64,000 nt of DNA from Fulvivirga sp. (GTDB lineage: Bacteria > Bacteroidota > Bacteroidia > Cytophagales > Cyclobacteriaceae): the NCBI GenBank assembly GCA_028280565.1, contig JANQLQ010000260.1, positions 20,817 through 84,816 on the forward strand, in the 5' to 3' direction. Positions 10,393 through 17,400 of this stretch are shown here, piece by piece. Under the pieces are notes generated by a model. It was not told the DNA's origin, did not search any database, and worked only from the letters and a program-made list of their open reading frames with translations. Each line of letters starts with the position of its first letter. Within the stretch, counting starts at the first letter, position 1. A program made the translations under genes and the position numbers.

Positions 10393-11843
10393 TTACGGGC
10401 ATAATAAAGACTGTCCAGTACCGGGATGGGAAAACTAGGGTCTGGGACCCGGGCAAAAACGAAGAGACTATCCGCCTTAGCGACCAGGCCCGGGTATTGT
10501 GGGGCCAAGTCGTTAGATTCTCCCGGATCATTGATAATATGATAAACTTCTATCGGGGCATCGTAATCCTGGCGAAGCACCTTAAAATCACCTAGCCTCA
10601 CTGCCTGGCGAAAATAGGAGCTGGTGCGGAACTCCCAGTACAAATTCGGTGTAGGATCCACCGTTCCTCCTTTCAGCACGCTTAAGAACGATTGCCCATC
10701 TGTTTTTTTGACCGTTTCCACACCCGCCAGCTCACAAAGTGTGGGCATTACATCCCAAAAGGCCCCTACATAATCGCTTTCAGACCCCGGCTTTACTACC
10801 CCCGGCCACTGGGCGATCATAGGCGTACGAATGCCCCCATCGTATACATCTCGCTTGTAACCACGCAAAGGAGCGTTGCTTTTAAAGAAATAAGGGTCAT
10901 GTCCCCCCTCTTTATGGTTTCCATTATCAGAGCTAAAAAGTACCAAGGTATTTTCGGCGAGCCCCGAGCTGTCCATGAAGTCCAGCAGCTCCCCGATCTT
11001 CCTATCCAGGTAAGACAAGCGGGCGGCATACTTCTTTTCTACCTCAGGCCAGTCCTTATCTTTGAAAGGCCCATAGTCCTGCTCAAATTCTATGGGATTA
11101 TGAACCGTTTTTAACGCCACATACACAAAAAAGGGTTGATCTGCCGGTGCCTCCATAAACTTTTTTGCCTCTTGCAGGTAAAACTCATCCACATATACAT
11201 TGGGTGAGTTCTCATTACCGGGAACGTCGATCACCTCGCCATTCTTATGGAGCTGGGCAGGATAAAATCCCCCGGACTGGATGCCTAGGGGGTTTTCGAT
11301 GATCGTTCCTATGGATACATCAAACCCTTTGTTCCACGCCATGCTATGCGCTACCCCCGGTTTCTCCAAGTGCCATTTTCCAAAATGCCCGGTACGGTAC
11401 CCTGCATTTTTCAAAAGCATCGCAATCGTGGTATCCGAAGGTTTGATCGCAATCCGCTCTTTAGGTGCCCCCACGGGATAAGACCTGTTGGCCCGGTTCG
11501 TGATATGCCCGGTATGCTGCCCGGTCATCAAGGCACCCCTAGACGGTGCACATACCGTGGAGCCCGCATAAAATTGGGTAAACCGCATCCCTTCTGCCGC
11601 CATTTTGTCGATGCGCGGGGTTCGAAGGACCTCTTGCCCGTAGCAGCCCAACTCACCGTACCCCAAGTCATCGGCTAGGATAAAAAGGATATTGGGGTTT
11701 GAAACGGGCGTTCCCTCTTTTGAGGACGGGGTCTGGCAACCCATATGGACAATGAACACGGAAAAAAGTAGTACTTTAAGAGGATGAAGGTGCATAACAA
11801 GTGTTACTATCGCTTTACCTGTTGACGTTTGAGTAAGCACCAT
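10389..11843 (-). CDS. Arylsulfatase (S1 family)
   Basis: CAPSR motif (STVCAPSRGALMTGQH). The likely start is the Met at 11795, which gives a signal peptide. There is a 4-nt overlap with the downstream sulfatase. Confidence 0.9.
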   Translation of the reverse strand: MVLTQTSTGKAIVTLVMHLHPLKVLLFSVFIVHMGCQTPSSKEGTPVSNPNILFILADDLGYGELGCYGQEVLRTPRIDKMAAEGMRFTQFYAGSTVCAPSRGALMTGQHTGHITNRANRSYPVGAPKERIAIKPSDTTIAMLLKNAGYRTGHFGKWHLEKPGVAHSMAWNKGFDVSIGTIIENPLGIQSGGFYPAQLHKNGEVIDVPGNENSPNVYVDEFYLQEAKKFMEAPADQPFFVYVALKTVHNPIEFEQDYGPFKDKDWPEVEKKYAARLSYLDRKIGELLDFMDSSGLAENTLVLFSSDNGNHKEGGHDPYFFKSNAPLRGYKRDVYDGGIRTPMIAQWPGVVKPGSESDYVGAFWDVMPTLCELAGVETVKKTDGQSFLSVLKGGTVDPTPNLYWEFRTSSYFRQAVRLGDFKVLRQDYDAPIEVYHIINDPGESNDLAPQYPGLVAKADSLFVFARVPDPSFPIPVLDSLYYARK

Positions 11844-12092
11844 ACCTGACAGCCGGGATATATTACCGGCTGGTAACTCACTTTTTATCTCGTCCTGTAC
11901 ACGTTACGTTGGCGCATATTCTCTCGACCTTTTAAACAATGAAATGCCCAGGAGGTATGAAGGGCCTCGGTTAAAAGCAGGTTCGGAGAACCTGTATATG
12001 GATAAGCACGGGTTTGAAAAACCCGCGCTAGGCCAGCAAATATTTTATTGATAACTTCTTTAACCAGCTCTAACCGGCCTTTAAATGGCTTT

Positions 12093-12405
12093 AACTGGCG
12101 CAAGTTTGCAACTTGTGATTTCTTTATGATCACTAGGGTTTGTAACCCGGCTAACAGGTAACAAAACCATAATCCTTAGACATATCCTATATCAATCCAA
12201 GCTGAAACTGCCCGTAGGCCAACAAAATAGCCGTCACTCGCTAAAAAACTATAGCCGTCGGTTGAAAGACTTCCCAGCGCAACCCCTGGCCCCTGATTTC
12301 CCCTTCACGGGGATTAAGGAGTGAGCGATGGCCATAGAATGGCTTAAACGGACGGCTATACCCAAAAAATAAGCGGCTATTTCTTTTTTGCATATGGGTA
12401 ATGAG
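12093..12405 (+). repeat. Family A structured repeat, copy A1 (with an internal inserted module at about 12240-12375)
   Basis: Head AACTGGCGCAAGTTTGCAACTTGTG...CACTAGGGTTTGTAACCCGGCTAAC and tail CTATTTCTTTTTTGCATATGGGTAATGA are shared with the other copies. Confidence 0.85.
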
Positions 12406-13366
12406 TTTGCTTGGTTTTGTAAAAAGAATCAATGTTCATACTCTCAACAGCTTTGTGAATAAAGGCTAAAAAAACGCTTAAACCAACCGCCATAGTCACA
12501 GGCTTGCACCGCGCCAGCGCAAGAAAAATTTAGACTAAAAAAATTTTACAGGAACACGGAACAATTCAGATTGCCCTAAGGTTAGGTTCTTTGGATGTTG
12601 GGGTTATATCAATATAAAATTGGCTAAGAACGTAGTTTTTGTAATTAATCTTATGCTTTCTTCGTGGGTCCTGGTCCATTCTTTACACCCGGCTCACCTA
12701 GATGGTCATCACATCTTCGCAAGTCTCGAAATAGAAGAAAAATCCGAAAATCTCGGAGAGGATAATGAAGATATCGATCAGTGCAAGCAAGACAATACTC
12801 TTTTCTTAAGTCAACCAAACCCCGGCCACAACACCTATACGTACACATCTCCTTACATTTCCTCATATAAGGTGCCCCCTAAACGTGTATCAATGCCATT
12901 TAAATAAGGCCAGCGCCCACCTAAAAACCCCTAAAGAGGAACCGGTGGATTGCACCCTTAGGGTAGAGGTGCGATGGGTGCGCTTATATTCATGGCATGG
13001 AAACACGTTTACCCTGCTAGCATTTTTATTCCTAAGTATTTTGAATTATCCAGGTAGGCCTCTCTACTGTGAGCTTAATCCAGTAAAGAACGGCTTGATT
13101 TACCCAAGTATTCATGCTCATTAAGGGTGTCTAGGAATAAAAGTTTGCTAAGCAGAAATCACCACTGAATTCATTTTTGACTCAACTAAACCCTTTATGT
13201 TATTTAAACCATCACAAGAAATTGGTGAGTAACAGGAAAGAAATTTTTCAATCCTTCTAAACAATGGAACATGACACTAGTATGGGGAGCTTTTCGGCAA
13301 TTGGCTGGAAAATGATAATGAATTCAGAACATTCTCAACCACAACATAATAAACAAAACGATAACA

Positions 13367-13981
13367 TTGATGAACGTTAAAATTTTTAAAGCTGGCATAG
13401 TATGCCTTGTAAGTTGTCTCCTATCCGTGTCACTCAAGGCACAGAACGAAAATGAGGATCGCACTTTATTCAAAAGTGGTAATTTTGAAAACCTCGGGGT
13501 GATGTTGGCACCAAGTTATGGTTACACAAGAATGGACGGGACGGGCGTTTCCCTAGCCAATATCCGTGCGGGTGTAATTGTACAAGAAAAGTTTACCTTC
13601 GGGGCCTTTTACGGATTTTCATTGAATGATATTGATCCGGAAAGTGAGACTGTAAATGGTATTTACATGGATTTTCGTTCATACGGGGGATTCGCCGAAT
13701 ATACCATTCGCCCTTCCGAACTCATTCATTTCAGCTTTCCGCTGTTCATAGGTGCCGGCGAGGTGGAAATGGATAACGATGAGGGAAGTGCAGGCCTGGG
13801 TGAGGAAAATTTTTTCCTGGTTGAACCGGGAGCACTGCTCGAAATTAACCTCCACAAATATGTCAGGTTCAACATTGGAGCAAGCTACCGCTTCGTGGGT
13901 GATATGAGCTACCGAAACATGAGTAGCTCAGATATCTCTGGGCTTACCGGCCAGGTAGGATTGAAATTTGGTGTTTTCTAA
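13367..13981 (+). CDS. Small outer-membrane beta-barrel-like protein, unknown function
   Basis: Signal peptide ending SLKAQ, an alternating aromatic/Gly pattern, and a C-terminal LKFGVF typical of an OM beta-signal. The ATG at 13370 is the likely start. Confidence 0.55.
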   Translation: MMNVKIFKAGIVCLVSCLLSVSLKAQNENEDRTLFKSGNFENLGVMLAPSYGYTRMDGTGVSLANIRAGVIVQEKFTFGAFYGFSLNDIDPESETVNGIYMDFRSYGGFAEYTIRPSELIHFSFPLFIGAGEVEMDNDEGSAGLGEENFFLVEPGALLEINLHKYVRFNIGASYRFVGDMSYRNMSSSDISGLTGQVGLKFGVF

Positions 13982-14020
13982 TAATTTTTCCAGCAGCTTA
14001 GTATAAACCCGCTGTTTCAA

Positions 14021-14056
14021 AGAGCCACGTTGGGACCTAGTACCCAGGGTGGCTCT
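14021..14056 (+). terminator. Candidate intrinsic terminator of the OMP gene
   Basis: AGAGCCAC ... GTGGCTCT stem followed by a T-rich tract (TTTACAACTTTT), 40 nt after the stop. Confidence 0.45.
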
Positions 14057-14080
14057 TTACAACTTTTAACCTTACCATCA

Positions 14081-14203
14081 TTGGCGCAAGTTTGTAACTT
14101 GTACATTATGATCACTAGGGTTTATAACCCGACCCACAGTTAGCAAAACTATCATCTTCAATTAATCCTATATCAATCTAACTCTACACAGGCCGGAGGC
14201 CTA
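14081..14203 (+). repeat. Family A repeat, copy A2
   Basis: TTGGCGCAAGTTTGTAACTTGT...CACTAGGGTTTATAACCCG...CCTATATCAATC...GGCCGGAGGCC. Confidence 0.8.
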
Positions 14204-14218
14204 AGACTTGACTTAACC

Positions 14219-14255
14219 CAACTGGCGCAAGTTTACAACTTGTGCCCTCTTTATT
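14219..14255 (+). repeat. Family A repeat, head-only fragment A3
   Basis: AACTGGCGCAAGTTTACAACTTGTGCCCTCTTTAT, then similarity is lost just before the GNAT stop codon. Confidence 0.7.
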
Positions 14256-14290
14256 TAAGTTGCGCTATGCTCAACTTAAACCAATTCAGT

Positions 14291-14698
14291 TTAATGTTCG
14301 TTACCCTTATAAATCCACATGGGCATTGTTTCTCCGGCTCTTTCAAAGCCGACTTTCTTGTAAAAATCGATTGCTTTTCCGTCAGCTGTTAACATTTGCA
14401 TATGGAAGTCTTTATATTTCTCTTGAAACTTATCTACAATCATATTGCCAATTCCTTTTCCCTGGTATTCAGGGTGAACTAATAAGTGCGGATAATAAAC
14501 CACCAAGTAACCGTCAGAGATTGCATTTCCAAGTCCGACTAATTTTTCTTTGTCCCAAGCAGTAATTAATGAATGAGAATTCAATAATGCATTTCTTAAT
14601 TCCCCAGGTTTTTCAGCAGAACTCCATTCGTTTGCTTTGTACAACTCAACAATTTGGTCCGTACTTATTTTCCTTGTTTCTGAAATTGTAATTTCCAT
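14291..14698 (-). CDS. GNAT family N-acetyltransferase
   Basis: 135 aa with the acetyl-CoA binding motif QGKGIGNMIV and a C-terminal FYKKVGF. Confidence 0.85.
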   Translation of the reverse strand: MEITISETRKISTDQIVELYKANEWSSAEKPGELRNALLNSHSLITAWDKEKLVGLGNAISDGYLVVYYPHLLVHPEYQGKGIGNMIVDKFQEKYKDFHMQMLTADGKAIDFYKKVGFERAGETMPMWIYKGNEH

Positions 14699-14795
14699 TT
14701 TCGATTTTTTTCAAGCTTGCACTGCCCCGTCCTAAAATAAGTTTACGGTAGTTAGTATTACTTGATCGTACTTATCTAATGTATCAAAATCACCC

Positions 14796-15090
14796 AACTG
14801 GTGCAAGTTTGCAACTTGTGCCCTGTTTATGGTCACTAGGGTTGGTAACCCGGCTAACCCGTGACTAAGACCCGGCAAAAATCACAAAATGAAGGCGGGT
14901 TTAATCTCGTGTTTTATATTTAATGCCTCAATTTTGAGCTTTTTACCCACTTGGCCGAGTCGCAGACTCTCTTTTCAACCCATGTAACAGGCAGCAAAAA
15001 AGCCATCCCTCGACAAACCCTATGTTAACCCAACCCGAAACCGGCCGGAGGCCAAAATGACTGTTTCTTTTTTACACGTAGGTGATCTGC
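14796..15090 (+). repeat. Family A repeat, copy A4 (carries a ~130-bp nested insertion at 14859-14988)
   Basis: Head AACTGGTGCAAGTTTGCAACTTGTG...GGGTTGGTAACCCGGCTAAC. The body resumes at ACAGGCAGCAAAA...CCGGCCGGAGGCC...TTTCTTTTTTACACGTAGGTGA. Confidence 0.8.
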
Positions 15091-15107
15091 TGCAGAGACC
15101 TGTCGGA

Positions 15108-15482
15108 TTACTCCTTCTCATAGTAAATCACATTTGCTTCCTCTACCCTTCCAAAATCGCTATCTGAACTGATGACCGGCACGTTTAAATATTGTGAGGT
15201 GGCTAAGATAATGCTGTCGGGCAATTTAATTCGTACTGATCGCCTGATCTTAATCACCTCTTCTTTAATCTTAGTATTGATATCGATGATAATACACTCA
15301 TCCAAAAAAGTGCGAATTTCATCCCGGTCCTGGACCGTGATATCTTTATAACCGAGTAATTCTAACTGGCTGATGAAGGATATGTAGATTTTCCTATTGT
15401 ACAAAAGGCTGCTCAACACTTCATCTCCTGAAAGAAGATAGAGTACTATGTTAGTATCCAATAAAACACTATTCCCATTCAT
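15108..15482 (-). CDS. vapC: PIN-domain toxin (VapC-type)
   Basis: LLDTNIVLYLL near the N-terminus and SSDSDF near the C-terminus carry the PIN acidic residues. It overlaps the upstream small gene. Confidence 0.8.
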   Translation of the reverse strand: MNGNSVLLDTNIVLYLLSGDEVLSSLLYNRKIYISFISQLELLGYKDITVQDRDEIRTFLDECIIIDINTKIKEEVIKIRRSVRIKLPDSIILATSQYLNVPVISSDSDFGRVEEANVIYYEKE

Positions 15483-15666
15483 CGCGCATTCGCTTTTGAA
15501 TAACTAAGGGGTCTTCTTTCAATTTTATTACCCCACAATACTTGTGAGTATCTACTCCTTTAGTTTCAAGAGCTTCTTGTAAAAGTTGAGATAATAGCGC
15601 TTTATCTGATCCCTTTTTGATAACTGTTACCATTGATGGTTTCCTTGTTTTTGTAAAGATAGTCAA
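15469..15666 (-). CDS. vapB: Antitoxin partner of VapC (VapB-type)
   Basis: Small ORF overlapping the vapC start by 14 nt. The KYCGVIKLKEDPLVIQKRMRDEW tail is recognised from partners of PIN toxins in Bacteroidota. The probable true start is the ATG at 15633. Confidence 0.6.
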   Translation of the reverse strand: MTIFTKTRKPSMVTVIKKGSDKALLSQLLQEALETKGVDTHKYCGVIKLKEDPLVIQKRMRDEWE

Positions 15667-15736
15667 TGTTTATACTTTGGACAGCTTTGAAAGCTAGGCA
15701 ACTGGTTTTTACTAATACATCATTTCCCCTAACCTT

Positions 15737-15935
15737 AGCTGGCGCTAGTTTGCAACTTGTGCCCTGTTTATGGTCACTAGGGTTTGTAACCCGGCTAACA
15801 GCCAGCAAAACCTCCATCCTCCGACAAATCCTATATCAATCCAACCCTACACCGGCCGGAAGCCTACCCAACAGCCGTCACTCACCAAAAGCCACCGACT
15901 GTTCCCTTTTTTGCACGCAGGTGACGACAGCAGGA
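15737..15935 (+). repeat. Family A repeat, copy A5 (apparently uninterrupted reference copy)
   Basis: GCTGGCGCTAGTTTGCAACTTGTG...GGGTTTGTAACCCGGCTAACAGCCAGCAAAACC...CCTATATCAATCC...CCGGCCGGAAGCC...CCCTTTTTTGCACGCAGGTGAC. Confidence 0.85.
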
Positions 15936-16238
15936 CTCATTTTGAAAACGAAAATTTTATCGCTACTCGTTTCAATTTTTGCGAGGGCAATAAAAAATTT
16001 TAAAGGCAACCTATCTGCCTGCGAGCTTCGGAAAATTTCAATCTCTACAAGGTGCAATTAACGATCTATGTGACTGACAATCAAAGCCCAGGCGGGGTTG
16101 AGGTTCCTGGAGCATCAGGCACTACACCCCAGGAGGTTCGCCAGGGAATGGAATCATGGGGGATGGAAGTACCCCACACCAGCTCCAGGGGACGGGCAAA
16201 ATTTATCAGTCAAAAATTAGAAATTATCAAAATCTCGC

Positions 16239-16246
16239 TAATTTAG
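16239..16246 (+). promoter_or_regulatory. Possible Bacteroidota -7 promoter element
   Basis: TAATTTAG is one mismatch from TAnnTTTG and lies a few nt upstream of the riboswitch 5' end. I saw no clear -33 TTG. Confidence 0.25.
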
Positions 16247-16249
16247 CCC

Positions 16250-16440
16250 CCGATTTTGGTTCCCGGGCATACTTCGGGATTAAAAGGGAATTCAGTGAAA
16301 ATCTGAAACTGTACCCGCAGCTGTAAAGTGTCATCAAAAGTTTTTGCATCGGTCCACTGTCTTGATTGATGGGAAGGAGCAAAAACCGACACAAGTCAGA
16401 AGACCTGCCTCAATCAACAGCATCCAGGCTTTCGGGTGAA
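16250..16440 (+). promoter_or_regulatory. Cobalamin (AdoCbl) riboswitch
   Basis: The GGTTCC...GGGATTAAAAGGGAA...GTGAAAATC...CCCGCAGCTGTAA core, GGTCCACTG...GGGAAGG, and the B12 box AAGTCAGAAGACCTGCC at 16393-16409 are all present. It lies directly upstream of the corrin operon. Confidence 0.9.
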
Positions 16441-16575
16441 AAGTACTGATCGTATAGACTATCCTTTTTCTGACCGGATCAGTTATCCCCGGTCGAGTGA
16501 TGGGTTGCCGGTATGATTCCTTGATATCCGTTCCTGGAAAGTTTGAATCCTAAACTACGGGAATAGAAATTTCAG

Positions 16576-17400
16576 ATGGGAAAAAACCTTGCTCAATCAA
16601 AAGTAACCTTTTATTTCTGCGATGGCGGGTCCTGCCGTAAAGCTGGTAGCGAAGCGGCCATTAGAAAAGCCCGGGCGCACCTGCGCAACAAAGGCCTTTG
16701 GGATGAGTCGCATACCATCAAGACCAAGTGCAACGGCCGCTGTGAGGATGCGCCCACCTGGATCGTACAATCGGGGGATTACTGGTACAAAGAGGTAGAT
16801 CCGGGGAAAGCCATCCGGATCATCGATGCACACTGCGATCACCAGCAACCTTTGGCTCCGGAATTGATCTTCCGCGAAGGGCAAGCGAAAGTCAACTCGG
16901 AGAAGGAGCCCCCCCCGGTAGCAACCCCGGTTTTCCAACGGGCGCAAGACGAAGAGTTGGGCGAAGTATACAAAGCCAGGGGTTTTCATTCCGACCAGTA
17001 TTTGTACGCCTTCTTCCTTTACCTGCAAGAAAACCCGGGAGAGACAGAACTCTCCCTACCCAATGGCACATCTTTCCCGTTTAACGACCTACGGTTTGTG
17101 GATTATACCGACATGTACCGGCTCAAACTTCACTTCGGGAAAGATGAAGAAGCCATTATCGAATTAGTCACTGCGCTGGTTCCCAAGACCGAGCCCGATG
17201 AACTGATCAAGCGGAAGGTCACCGTGTGCGAGCATTTTATACAAATAGCCACGGATCGTAAAGTGATCCGGTTGAAAGATAAGATGGGTAGATTGGTTAC
17301 TTCCCTGCAGATTGCGGCTACGGATGAAAAGACCTGGGAATATTGCCTGGAGATCCAGTTGAATAATGCCGTGGCGCCAAAAGTAACACTGGGTGCCTGA
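16576..17400 (+). CDS. Thioredoxin-like [2Fe-2S] ferredoxin domain protein with an uncharacterised ~170-aa C-terminal domain
   Basis: CDGGSC ... CNGRC (C-x4-C ... C-x3-C) pattern in the first ~60 aa. It is the first gene after the B12 riboswitch. Confidence 0.65.
   Translation: MGKNLAQSKVTFYFCDGGSCRKAGSEAAIRKARAHLRNKGLWDESHTIKTKCNGRCEDAPTWIVQSGDYWYKEVDPGKAIRIIDAHCDHQQPLAPELIFREGQAKVNSEKEPPPVATPVFQRAQDEELGEVYKARGFHSDQYLYAFFLYLQENPGETELSLPNGTSFPFNDLRFVDYTDMYRLKLHFGKDEEAIIELVTALVPKTEPDELIKRKVTVCEHFIQIATDRKVIRLKDKMGRLVTSLQIAATDEKTWEYCLEIQLNNAVAPKVTLGA

Noticed and set aside
11885-12432. ORFs 11885-12133 and 12241-12432 (minus)
   Set aside because: They run through family A repeat sequence, have no protein-like features, and similar pseudo-ORFs appear at every repeat copy (15602-15817, 15666-16061, 27571-27846, 27588-27830, 28004-28195).
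12620-13124. ORFs 12620-12907 and 12885-13124 as real genes
   Set aside because: Their composition is low-complexity, non-protein-like sequence with no signal or motif, in an AT-rich spacer. They are retained only as part of an unexplained gap.
14291-14698. GNAT as a TacT/AtaT-type toxin
   Set aside because: There is no adjacent small antitoxin ORF on either side, and the sequence looks like a generic housekeeping-type GNAT.
12093-15935. Classical integron cassette array
   Set aside because: There is no intI-type integrase or attI in the window. The repeats lack recognisable attC R''/R' cores (RYYYAAC/GTTRRRY; the closest, GGCTAAC, has a mismatch and no partner). The cassettes are on both strands. 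The cassette-like layout is kept only as an observation.
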